IMG/VR virus record: IMGVR_UViG_3300046516_001816
Span: 220,984-284,983 of that record
Strand: one strand, 5' to 3'
DNA: 64,000 nt
In this document: positions 39,211-48,116 of the stretch, piece after piece
Numbering within the stretch: the stretch's first letter is position 1
Layout: each line of letters starts with the position of its first letter
Position numbers and translations under genes: made by a program
The notes under the pieces: model-generated
Databases searched by the model: none
Told to the model about the DNA's origin: nothing
The model's input: only the letters and a program-made list of their open reading frames with translations

Positions 39211-40056
39211 ATGGAACAAACCACCAGAACAGTTTGGGGCGCGTATTTGCAAACCTGCCTGCTGCTCAAGCTCCAATACCAGATGATGACGGACTCGACG
39301 CTGAACGAAAAGTTCAATGTCCAATCGGGGATTGCACCGGCCGCTTCGGTGATCCCGACGCAAGGCTACTACTGTATCGGCAACGGCGGCCACGCCATGA
39401 CCGTGGGTACCGACGGCCTCACCGCCCCGACGCCCCTGCAACACGAAGCGACCGACGCGGCGCTGTTCAACCACCTGCCGTTTATCATGCGTCCGGTCGC
39501 GAGTGACCTCTCGCAAAGCCAGATGGCGCAGTACGCGCTGCGCGTGGTGCAGCCGTTCAATGGCGTGCCCTACGCTTGCTACTACCTGCGTCGCATCAAC
39601 TTCACGAACGTCGCCGCGCAGATCCAGATGAACACGGTCGCCTCGGGCGTGACCACGGTGGCGCCGTACAGCGCGAACACGGCCAACCTGAACCCGACCC
39701 CGCCGGTGGTGGCCAATGGTCAATCGAATGTCGTGTCGCCGGACTACCTGACCGCGGCTGCGATTCTCGGCCTGTCGTTCTCGCAACAAGACGCTGCTGA
39801 GCTCGTGAACTGCGCGAACATCATCTACGGGGATCCGCGCTACGCGATCGTCTCGGAAGTCGGCCTCGTCTCGGGCGTGGACGCCGTCGTGCAAGTCCCG
39901 TCGGTGGCAGGCTCGTTCAATATGAACGAAGTCATCGCTGCGCAAATCGATTCGTTCATCAATACGTTCATTCCGATGAACTACCTGAACGATGGCACCA
40001 CCATCAATCTGAACGTGGGTTCCACCGAACCGCTGTTCCAGTTGCAAGCTGCCTAA
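39211..40056 (+). CDS. virion structural protein
   Basis: STLNEKF, YYCIGNGGH, LPFIMRP motifs recalled from a phiKZ-like structural family. Confidence 0.7.
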   Translation: MEQTTRTVWGAYLQTCLLLKLQYQMMTDSTLNEKFNVQSGIAPAASVIPTQGYYCIGNGGHAMTVGTDGLTAPTPLQHEATDAALFNHLPFIMRPVASDLSQSQMAQYALRVVQPFNGVPYACYYLRRINFTNVAAQIQMNTVASGVTTVAPYSANTANLNPTPPVVANGQSNVVSPDYLTAAAILGLSFSQQDAAELVNCANIIYGDPRYAIVSEVGLVSGVDAVVQVPSVAGSFNMNEVIAAQIDSFINTFIPMNYLNDGTTINLNVGSTEPLFQLQAA

Positions 40057-40067
40057 GAGGTGACAGG

Positions 40068-40673
40068 ATGCTCCGCGTGCCCTATGGTTCGGGGTCCATC
40101 ATCTCCATCGTAGGGATTGACCCGGGGAGCGACACCCTGGGTACCGCGATTCTTTGGGTCGATCTCGCTGCGATGCAGATTGTGTCGTCGTCTGCCAAGA
40201 CGTTTCGAGGGGAGAAGCTGCTCTCGAATGACTCATGGACCGAATCGCTTTATGGCAATCGCTTGGCGCGTATCTGGGCACTGGAGAATGAGCTGGTTCA
40301 TCTCTTCGAGCACGTGCAGCCGTTCATGATTGCCAGTGAGGCGCCGTTTGTAAACAAACGGTTTCCGCAAGCGGGCTTAGCGCTCACGGAAGTCGTCTGT
40401 GCTGTAAAGTCAGCTGTGATCCGGTTTGACAAATGGAAGCCACTGTATCTGATCGATCCTCCCACCGTAAAGCGGGCTATCAACGCGAAGGTGATGGGGG
40501 GTGAGAAAGGTAAAGAGGAAATGAAACGGGCGGTATTGGAAGTCTCTGATCTCCACTACGCCGGTGACACTCCACTCGACACTCTGGACGAGCACAGCGT
40601 TGATGCGCTAGCGGTGGCGTATAGCCGCTGGCACTCTTTTTTGAAGGAGATGAACTGTGTCGAAAATCCTTGA
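40068..40673 (+). CDS. ruvC: RuvC-like Holliday junction resolvase
   Basis: IVGIDPGS, IASEAPF, PPTVK, DEHSVDALAVA acidic catalytic motifs. Confidence 0.85.
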   Translation: MLRVPYGSGSIISIVGIDPGSDTLGTAILWVDLAAMQIVSSSAKTFRGEKLLSNDSWTESLYGNRLARIWALENELVHLFEHVQPFMIASEAPFVNKRFPQAGLALTEVVCAVKSAVIRFDKWKPLYLIDPPTVKRAINAKVMGGEKGKEEMKRAVLEVSDLHYAGDTPLDTLDEHSVDALAVAYSRWHSFLKEMNCVENP

Positions 40674-41220
40674 CCTGTTAGGGCTCGGGCAGATCAAACT
40701 GTCGGTGACCACGGTGGTGTGTATTGTCGCGGCGCTGGCGTTTGCAGGCGTCGTGGGCTACGGTGTGTATGAAGCGAAGCAAATCAAGACGCTGGAAACA
40801 GCAGCTGGAAAAGCCTCGCAGCAAATCACCGATCTCACCAATACCAACAAAGACTTGAGCACCCAGCTCAAGCTCGCGCAACAGTCCGCCAAAATCAATA
40901 CCGATGTCAGCACGGCGGACGTGCAAGCCAAACAGCAAGCGCAGAGCAGCTCGACGGCGATCGCGACCAACGCGCAAAAGCAAATCACCACCATCGTCAA
41001 GAAGTATCAACCGCAAGGTCCCGCGCAAGTGCTCACGCCCGTGCAGGCCAAAGCGGAACGCGATGAAATCAGTACGGTGCGATTGAATAGCGCATGGCAA
41101 ACTTACTGCCAGGCCGTGCCCAAGGAGTCCAAAGGCTGCGTGCTGGTGATGCCGGAGACGCCGCTTCAGGCGCCGGTGGACAACAACCATCCGCCGGCTC
41201 AAGTGGGGCCGAGCGCGTGA
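40657..41220 (+). CDS. putative i-spanin (Rz-like)
   Basis: N-terminal TM, long coiled coil, C-terminal Cys pair; followed by a lipoprotein gene. Confidence 0.6.
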   Translation: MSKILDLLGLGQIKLSVTTVVCIVAALAFAGVVGYGVYEAKQIKTLETAAGKASQQITDLTNTNKDLSTQLKLAQQSAKINTDVSTADVQAKQQAQSSSTAIATNAQKQITTIVKKYQPQGPAQVLTPVQAKAERDEISTVRLNSAWQTYCQAVPKESKGCVLVMPETPLQAPVDNNHPPAQVGPSA

Positions 41221-41255
41221 CGTAACAACACCAAGAAATCTCGGGGAAACCAATC

Positions 41256-41612
41256 ATGAAACGTATCGGACGTTGGGTCGCGCTGCTTGCGACCGTCGCA
41301 CTTGCTGCCTGTACCACCGCGCCTACGACGGTGGAGCATTACCAGATGTATTTGCCGGAATTCCCGAGTCTCTTGGTGGCCCACACGCAAGCGGCGCCGC
41401 CCCCGGATCTCTCGCAGTACCTCGCAGCCAATGCCGACGCACGTGAGCAGATGTGGACTGACGCGTATAACGCGCAAACCACCAACCTGTGGACTTGTAA
41501 TATCGACAAAGACAAGGTGCAGGACTGGTGGACTAAACAACAAGCAGCGGTGGCCGCCGCAAACGGGGCTAGCGCCTCCGTGGCGGCCTCGGCTGCGCAG
41601 GTGGGGCAATGA
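41256..41612 (+). CDS. putative o-spanin lipoprotein (Rz1-like)
   Basis: Signal peptide with lipobox LAAC, Pro-rich segment, second Cys (TCNID). Confidence 0.65.
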   Translation: MKRIGRWVALLATVALAACTTAPTTVEHYQMYLPEFPSLLVAHTQAAPPPDLSQYLAANADAREQMWTDAYNAQTTNLWTCNIDKDKVQDWWTKQQAAVAAANGASASVAASAAQVGQ

Positions 41613-42106
41613 GTCATACTGAGCGATGCGGCCTCCTGGAGGCCATTCTCGCAGGTATTAGCGATACTCGGACACTGGGTGATCATGATGGTGGTCCTTC
41701 GCCGCTCGATGAGCTGGTCAAGGGCTACCGTCGTGAAGCCAAGATCGACGATCGCTTGCCGGCGATTACCAGTGAGAGTACGGGTCGGGAGTTGAAAGAT
41801 GCAGTAGGGTTGTTGCGACCGGAAGTCCAAGTCGCACTACTGCAAGACTACAACCACGCGACCAAGAACCTCTCGACCCCAACTGAATACGACCCCAAGG
41901 TCCTGAAGGAGCAAACCAAGAGCCTGCGCAACCAAGTCTGGTGGTTGGCGGGGGCGCTGTTATTCTTTATGGTCGCCGTGTTGGTGGGTGCTACCATTGC
42001 GACGGCGGTTCACATGAACGTCGTGAGCGAAGGCGAAGTGCTCAAGAACCTGCTGGAAACGGCAAAAGAAATCATCATGCTCTTCCTGGACATGGAGGGC
42101 GGTTAA
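41609..42106 (+). CDS. membrane protein (C-terminal TM)
   Basis: VWWLAGALLFFMVAVLVGATIATAV; start overlaps the previous stop. Confidence 0.7.
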   Translation: MSHTERCGLLEAILAGISDTRTLGDHDGGPSPLDELVKGYRREAKIDDRLPAITSESTGRELKDAVGLLRPEVQVALLQDYNHATKNLSTPTEYDPKVLKEQTKSLRNQVWWLAGALLFFMVAVLVGATIATAVHMNVVSEGEVLKNLLETAKEIIMLFLDMEGG

Positions 42107-42116
42107 GGAATCGATT

Positions 42117-43241
42117 ATGGATGTGGATTTTCTGAAAGTCGCGCTCGGCGAACACGTCGCTGTGGAAGAACGCAGCGATGGCGAGGCGCAAAAAGAAATT
42201 GAGCTAGTCTACTACGCTCGCTTGGATGTGGCGAAGCTGCCTGCCACGCAGTTGCGCGAAGCGCAGGAGCAGTGGTCGATCAAGATTGCTCACTCCGACG
42301 AGAACGCCGCGAAGGGCGACATCCGGGTACGCAAAACGGACTTCTACGACGATGGTGATCTTGGTCGCACGGAGTACGTGCTCACCACCAAAGTGCGGCT
42401 GGAGGACGGCACGACCGATGAAATCCCGATTCAGTCAACTGTTGACCAGTTCGAGCATTTCAAGAAGCTCGCCGCCAACGGCATGCACAAGGTGCGCCAC
42501 ACCTATCCGATCGATGGCACGGACCTCGCCTGGGAAGTCGACTGCTTTGTGAATCCGCAAGGTGGCTTTCATCCCTGGGTGAAGATCGACCTGGAACTGC
42601 CGGAAGGCTACGCGGGTGGGATTCCCGAGCCGGAAGACATGTTCGAGATCGACGAGATCATCAAGGGTCAGAACGGTAAGCGTTTGCCGGCAGAAGAACA
42701 GCAGGTGCGTGATCTGTATGAAACGATGTTCTTGACCAAGAACCCGGGTGCCAAAGAGAAGACGCCGAAAGTCGACGCAGAGGACGAACAGGACGATAAC
42801 CCGGTGGGTCACAAGCCTGCGGTGGAATCCGAATGGACCGCGGCGTGGCCGGAGCTCGACGGTACCCCGGTGAGTCCGGATCTGGTGCCAGGGGCGGAGA
42901 TCTTTGAAGGCGAGAACGGTGAAGTGCGTTCAGAACCCGATGAGAGCAAACCCGTGGTGGGCGTTGAGCAGATGCAGGAGTTCAAGGACGAGCTCGTGCG
43001 CGGTGTCTCGGATCTCGGCGCGCGCCTCGTGAAGCTATCAGAAGGTCGCGGGTATTTACCTGTCGAAGAGATGATGGCGTTGCTCGCGCAGCGTGCACCG
43101 GAACGCGTCGTGATTGATCGAGGCGGGGTGGGTGGATCCAACTTCTACTATCTGAAGGACCCCGCACCGGGTGGTCTGATGATGGGCGTAGGGTTTCACA
43201 TGAATCATCCGACGCTTTCGAGCGATCAGGTGCAGTTCTAA
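42117..43241 (+). CDS. CYTH-like (triphosphate tunnel) domain protein with acidic C-terminal extension
   Basis: EIE, IRVRK, LTTK, KVRHTY, WEVD, IDLE pattern of the CYTH fold. Confidence 0.6.
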   Translation: MDVDFLKVALGEHVAVEERSDGEAQKEIELVYYARLDVAKLPATQLREAQEQWSIKIAHSDENAAKGDIRVRKTDFYDDGDLGRTEYVLTTKVRLEDGTTDEIPIQSTVDQFEHFKKLAANGMHKVRHTYPIDGTDLAWEVDCFVNPQGGFHPWVKIDLELPEGYAGGIPEPEDMFEIDEIIKGQNGKRLPAEEQQVRDLYETMFLTKNPGAKEKTPKVDAEDEQDDNPVGHKPAVESEWTAAWPELDGTPVSPDLVPGAEIFEGENGEVRSEPDESKPVVGVEQMQEFKDELVRGVSDLGARLVKLSEGRGYLPVEEMMALLAQRAPERVVIDRGGVGGSNFYYLKDPAPGGLMMGVGFHMNHPTLSSDQVQF

Positions 43242-43286
43242 GCAGACAGCATAGAAGCCCGGCCAAGCGCCGGGCCTTTATGCCGC

Positions 43287-43430
43287 TTAGCAGCCAGGAA
43301 TATTCGGGATGATATTGTCCTTCCAGTGATGGGTCCACATGGCCTCCCAATAGTCTTGGTAGGTCGGTCGCGGTAGCCACCAGAAAGCCCAGTCCGTTGC
43401 ATGCGCTAACAGGACGTTGTAATGATACAT
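43287..43430 (-). CDS. small Trp-rich protein (47 aa, not in ORF track)
   Basis: GGGGGAG RBS; MYHYNVLLAHATDWAFWWLPRPTYQDYWEAMWTHHWKDNIIPNIPGC; ends at a two-sided hairpin element. Confidence 0.55.
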   Translation of the reverse strand: MYHYNVLLAHATDWAFWWLPRPTYQDYWEAMWTHHWKDNIIPNIPGC

Positions 43431-43496
43431 GTCTCCCCCGGTCCAACAGAAGTTATGGTCTCAGAGCATAGCAAGGAAACCATAAGAAAAAACTGC

Positions 43497-44120
43497 TTAG
43501 AAGAATACTCCTGTCTGCCCATCGATGTTGTATGGATCGCCCTGAGGCGGCGGGGCCGTCCCATCACCGCCCGTGCCACCGGTGCCACCCCCCGAGGTAC
43601 CATCTCCACTCGTGCCATCGGAAGTCGGAGGCGGCGGCGGGGTCACGCCCGCGATATTTAGCACGACACTGCCACTGAACGCGGGGGAGGCCGGATTGGC
43701 AGTCATCGTGATCGGCCACACGGGCGCAGGGATCGGCGTATTGAGCACGTCCGCTTGCGTGAGCTGCAACCCGTAGTAGGCATTGATCAAGGGTAGCAGC
43801 GTCCAGATGTCCGTCGGGTAGGCGGTGATCGGAATCGGTACCACGGTCCCGCCTGACGCATTCGCCGCGGGCAGGAAGTCCGCGAGGTTCACCCGTTTAT
43901 ACAACAGGGTTTGCGTGCCGGTGAGTTGCTGCCAGGGCATCGCGGGATCCGCTTCGATGGTGATCACGGTGTCGCGCTGATAGCGATCGCCGGTCAACGG
44001 CGTCTGGGCAATCGGATTGCCGAAGAGAATGCCTTGTGGGGGCACCAGGAAACCATTCGTGGCAAAGATCAAATCCCGCAGAATCTGCTCGGCGGGTTTG
44101 TTGTAATTGAAGTACGACAT
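43497..44120 (-). CDS. virion structural protein (tail/baseplate-associated family)
   Basis: LLYKRVNLADF, LLPLINAYYGLQL, ANPASPAFSGS; AAGGAG RBS; G/P/T-rich tail. Confidence 0.6.
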   Translation of the reverse strand: MSYFNYNKPAEQILRDLIFATNGFLVPPQGILFGNPIAQTPLTGDRYQRDTVITIEADPAMPWQQLTGTQTLLYKRVNLADFLPAANASGGTVVPIPITAYPTDIWTLLPLINAYYGLQLTQADVLNTPIPAPVWPITMTANPASPAFSGSVVLNIAGVTPPPPPTSDGTSGDGTSGGGTGGTGGDGTAPPPQGDPYNIDGQTGVFF

Positions 44121-44175
44121 GGGGACTCCTTGGTAACAAAATAAAAGCCAGGGATTGCTCCCTGGCTCTCAAGCT

Positions 44176-46680
44176 TCAGGCAGCGATGCCCATCACTTCA
44201 GCCCGAGCAATACGCTCACCCGCAGCATGGGCTTGATGCAAGAAGCGCCAGTCCAGCTGCTCGTAATCGTAGTTCCACTCGTTAAAGAACGCCGCCGCCA
44301 CGTAACCGTTCACGATACAGGGCGGACCTTCCAACACCGGAATGTAGACCGGCGTCATCGGATCTTCATCCAGCTCGACCACGGTGCGTTTGACGAAGCC
44401 GTTCAGGTGCGCGTACTCGACTTCGCCCTCGTAGACACTGTTGATGTCCTTGAGGCCTTGAGTGAGCCCACCTTCGACTTCAGCGCGCATATACGCCGCG
44501 TCGCCCGACCACCACCACTGCTTGCCGCCCGCCGCCGGTCGACTCCAGAGCGGATGGTCAGCCACCCAGCGCGTGTGTGGATCTTCCTTCATGGTGAGCA
44601 TCTTGCGACCCGTACCCAGAATCGCTTCATGCAAGCGCAACATCTTCGCCGGACCCGTGGGCGTCATCAACAGATCCCCGGGTACCAGCGACTCGATCGG
44701 CTGCCAGGTATAGTCGCCCATCAGCACGCGCGAGCCCGCGACGAAACACGACACGGAGCAATGACTGCCAGTACCGCCACCGGTGCAGACCGGCGGAGGC
44801 GGAGGCGGCTGACCGTTGATATAACCAGCCGGCGGTTGACCCGACTGCGGCCAGCCCGAGATATGACAGTAGCCCGAACGCGGACCACCTTGCCACACAC
44901 CCGTGTATGCACCGTACGCCGTGTAGACCCCGTTGCCGTTGGCCAGCCAGCTGTACGACCAGCTGTTGGAGAGCGTGAAGTTATCGCCCAGACTCGAGGA
45001 GAACGTCATGCCATCGAGCGACCCGTTCAGCACAATCACCGTGATCACGTTGTTCCAGCGGTAAAAGCCCTGGACTTGTGCGCCACCCGGCGCATTGAAC
45101 CAGGTCCAATTCCCCGTGACCGTGTTGTCCCCGCCGGTGATCACCGGGCTGGTCCCCTGATAGATCAGCAAGTCACGACCAAAGTTCCCACCACACGCGC
45201 CCGAGTAGTTCACGTTGTAGTACTGCGTGCCTGTCTCATAGAACGCAAAGCCCGAGTTGTTAATCTGACCCTGGCCCCAGTTCAAGTCGGCTTCCAGCTG
45301 ACCGAGGTTCCACGGCCCCAACGCCCCGAGGTGATACTGCGCGGACGTGCCGTGCGGATTCGAGCGGTTGTTGATGTGGCCCCACATCACGTTGTAGTTC
45401 GAATTGAAATAATTCTGGTACGCCGTTTGGGCTGCGCTCAAGGCCGCATTGAACTGGTTCGCCGTGTAGCCACTGATCTGGCTGATATTCACCGCGTGCG
45501 GATTCGCGGTATTGGCGATGTGGTTGTTGAGCGTCGTCTGCAAGCTCGCCAGGGCGCTCGCCGTCCACGTACCAATCTGCGCCGGCGTCACTACGTGCGG
45601 GTTGGCCTTATTGGCAATGTGCGTATTGAGCGTCGTGGTGTCGGCACTCGCCTCGGTCGACACGGGGGTTGTTGCATTGGTGATCGCCGTCTGAATCTGC
45701 GAGATCGTCAACGTCCCCAATCCCGTGGTCGAATCCTGGTGGGGATTGTTCAGGTTGTTGATGTGCGCATTCATCGTGGTCGCATTCGTGCTGATCGTAC
45801 TGGTGATCGCCGTTTGCGCTGCACTGATGTTGCTGTTCACGGTGGACGTCGCATACATCCCCAACTGGACCAGGGTGACCTGGTGCGGATTGTTGGTGTT
45901 GGCTTCGTGGGTATTTAACGTCACCACCAACGCCGCATCGCCTGCCTGCATCGCGGTATGTTCCACCGCAATCGCGGCGGTTTCTTCCGCTTGCGTGTAG
46001 GCGCCCAACTGATGCGCCATCAACTGGTGCGGGTTGGTGCGATCCGCTTCGTGGGCTGCGAGCAGCGCCATCTGCGTATTGAGCGGACCCAGCGCCAGTT
46101 GTTCCTGCGCGTCAGCGTAGGCTTTAATCGCATCCTGCGAGATCGGGTCACCCATCAACGAGAGCTGCGTCATGCGTTGCAGCGTATGCACCACGTATTC
46201 AAACGTGATCATCCCCGCTTGCCCGATGTCATGATACTGCGCGGACACGGGGGTTGATTGCAGCGAATCAATCACTGAGGGCCACTTGGTCGGACGGGTA
46301 TCGGGTTCAGCTTGCAGCAGGTCAGCGACGATCCCATTTTGCGGCGTCTGATAACCCGCACCCAGGGCCTGATAGTCGATCTTCACATTGGCCGACACAG
46401 CCGGATCCAGAATCACCACCACACCACAGATCGTGTCGGCGTTGGGTTTACCGTACTTGGTCGTGGCTAAGTCATACACCACGGCAGCGAAGTACTGGGC
46501 ACTGGTGAGCTTCTGACCGCTCGCCACGTCCGTCACCACGAGCGTCGACGCGAAGAACGCCCCGTAGTTCGGCGCCAGCGCCCGAATCTTCGTGGTCCCA
46601 ATCGCATGCACTTCGCCCGTAATGTCGTTCGTTGTCGCCTTCCCCGTGGGGTCCAGCGGCAAAGTCAAAACGGTTGACAT
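44176..46680 (-). CDS. tail fibre protein with C-terminal Hint domain
   Basis: Shared N-terminal LPLDPTG domain; HxxNxxNPH repeats; C-terminal CFVAGSRVLM...VADHP...CIVNGYVA. Confidence 0.8.
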   Translation of the reverse strand: MSTVLTLPLDPTGKATTNDITGEVHAIGTTKIRALAPNYGAFFASTLVVTDVASGQKLTSAQYFAAVVYDLATTKYGKPNADTICGVVVILDPAVSANVKIDYQALGAGYQTPQNGIVADLLQAEPDTRPTKWPSVIDSLQSTPVSAQYHDIGQAGMITFEYVVHTLQRMTQLSLMGDPISQDAIKAYADAQEQLALGPLNTQMALLAAHEADRTNPHQLMAHQLGAYTQAEETAAIAVEHTAMQAGDAALVVTLNTHEANTNNPHQVTLVQLGMYATSTVNSNISAAQTAITSTISTNATTMNAHINNLNNPHQDSTTGLGTLTISQIQTAITNATTPVSTEASADTTTLNTHIANKANPHVVTPAQIGTWTASALASLQTTLNNHIANTANPHAVNISQISGYTANQFNAALSAAQTAYQNYFNSNYNVMWGHINNRSNPHGTSAQYHLGALGPWNLGQLEADLNWGQGQINNSGFAFYETGTQYYNVNYSGACGGNFGRDLLIYQGTSPVITGGDNTVTGNWTWFNAPGGAQVQGFYRWNNVITVIVLNGSLDGMTFSSSLGDNFTLSNSWSYSWLANGNGVYTAYGAYTGVWQGGPRSGYCHISGWPQSGQPPAGYINGQPPPPPPVCTGGGTGSHCSVSCFVAGSRVLMGDYTWQPIESLVPGDLLMTPTGPAKMLRLHEAILGTGRKMLTMKEDPHTRWVADHPLWSRPAAGGKQWWWSGDAAYMRAEVEGGLTQGLKDINSVYEGEVEYAHLNGFVKRTVVELDEDPMTPVYIPVLEGPPCIVNGYVAAAFFNEWNYDYEQLDWRFLHQAHAAGERIARAEVMGIAA

Positions 46681-46696
46681 GATTGTTTCCTATTCT

Positions 46697-48103
46697 TTAA
46701 TGGTACGAATTCGCGTACACCTGCGCATTCAACTGATTGACCCAGTCCTGATACAACCAGCCCCCGATCTGATACGCGGTCACCCCGTGCGGATTGCTAC
46801 CATTGCCTGTGTGACCATTGATCCAGTTCGCTTGGGAGTTCAACGCGTTGGCTGCCGGCGTCGAGTACCCGTTCTGAATCTGGGCCGTGATCTGGGCACC
46901 CGTCCACGTGCCCACTTGGGCGGCCGTCACCCCGTGCGGGTTCGAATGGTTCGCAATATGGTTGTTGATCGCGGTCTGCTCGGCGTTGATACTCGCCGTA
47001 TCCCATGCGCCGATTTGAGTCAGGGTCAACTGGTGCGGATTGGCGCGACTGGCCACGTGAGCCGTAAGCGCAGCATCCTGCGTATTCATCTGCGTCGAGA
47101 TCGGCGTGATCGCGGCACTGATCGTGGTGCTGATCTGCGCGGTGGTTTGCGCATTCAATTGAACCAAGGTGACCTGGTGCGGGTTACTGTGGTTGGCGAT
47201 GTGCTCGTTCATATCGAGCGAGTCCGACGCCAGCTGCGCATTGATCGCGTTTTTGATCGCGTTCAGGTTCGCATCCGTTTCCGCCGTGGTGTAGCCACCA
47301 ATGCTGTCCGCGGTATCGTGGTGCGGATTGTTGTGGTTGGTCGCATGCGCCTGAATGTCGTTGTTGACCCCCAGGTCAGCGCTTTGACGGTTGCTCGCTT
47401 CCACCGCAATCTGACTGTCCACATTGCTCGACGCGTACACATTCACCTGTGTAAGTGTCGTTTGGTGTGGATTGTTGTAGTTCTGGATATGGGCCTGCAA
47501 GGCGGCGGCAAACGTCGAGATGTCCAACGTGCGACCGGTCAACTGCTGGTCAATCCAGGTGAGCGTAGAGTCGTAGCTCGCGGTCTTGGCCAAAGCCATC
47601 GCATTCAAGCACAGCTCCAGTGCCGTGACGACGTAGTCCCAGTCGTACGTATCACCCAGCCAGTGCATATGCGGCACCACCGGGTAGGCGTTGGGCTTGC
47701 CTGTGATATTGTTCAGCGCCACCGCTCGATCATCGTTGGCGAGCGTCTCCAATTCCTGAAGCAAGGTGCCCGTCGGATTGGACTTCGGACCCCCCAGGGC
47801 TTGATACGAGAGCGACACATTGGGCGAGACCGTGGGGTCGGTGACGACGACCACGCCCCAGACTTCTTCGCCGGTGAGCTGCGTGGCTTCGGTGTCCAGA
47901 AACTGGAACTCAAACTGCGCGCTTGTCAGGGGCTTGTTGGTGAACAGGTCCCACAACTGCATGCTCGCGCCAAAGAACGCGCCTGCTTGCGGAGCGATCG
48001 CCCGGTTCGGCGCCGTCCCAATCGCGCGGTTTTCCCCCGTCACGTAGTTGTTATTGCTGTCCCCCGTCAAATCCAACGGGTAGCGGTAGATATTCGGAAT
48101 CAT
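46697..48103 (-). CDS. tail fibre protein paralog
   Basis: YPLDLTG N-domain and HxxNxxNPH repeats. Confidence 0.8.
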   Translation of the reverse strand: MIPNIYRYPLDLTGDSNNNYVTGENRAIGTAPNRAIAPQAGAFFGASMQLWDLFTNKPLTSAQFEFQFLDTEATQLTGEEVWGVVVVTDPTVSPNVSLSYQALGGPKSNPTGTLLQELETLANDDRAVALNNITGKPNAYPVVPHMHWLGDTYDWDYVVTALELCLNAMALAKTASYDSTLTWIDQQLTGRTLDISTFAAALQAHIQNYNNPHQTTLTQVNVYASSNVDSQIAVEASNRQSADLGVNNDIQAHATNHNNPHHDTADSIGGYTTAETDANLNAIKNAINAQLASDSLDMNEHIANHSNPHQVTLVQLNAQTTAQISTTISAAITPISTQMNTQDAALTAHVASRANPHQLTLTQIGAWDTASINAEQTAINNHIANHSNPHGVTAAQVGTWTGAQITAQIQNGYSTPAANALNSQANWINGHTGNGSNPHGVTAYQIGGWLYQDWVNQLNAQVYANSYH

Positions 48104-48116
48104 CTCGTCTTCCTAC

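Noticed and set aside
44176-44760. Classical splicing intein or homing element in the tail fibre
   Set aside because: No C-terminal His-Asn followed by Cys/Ser/Thr and no endonuclease domain; reported instead as a non-splicing Hint domain.
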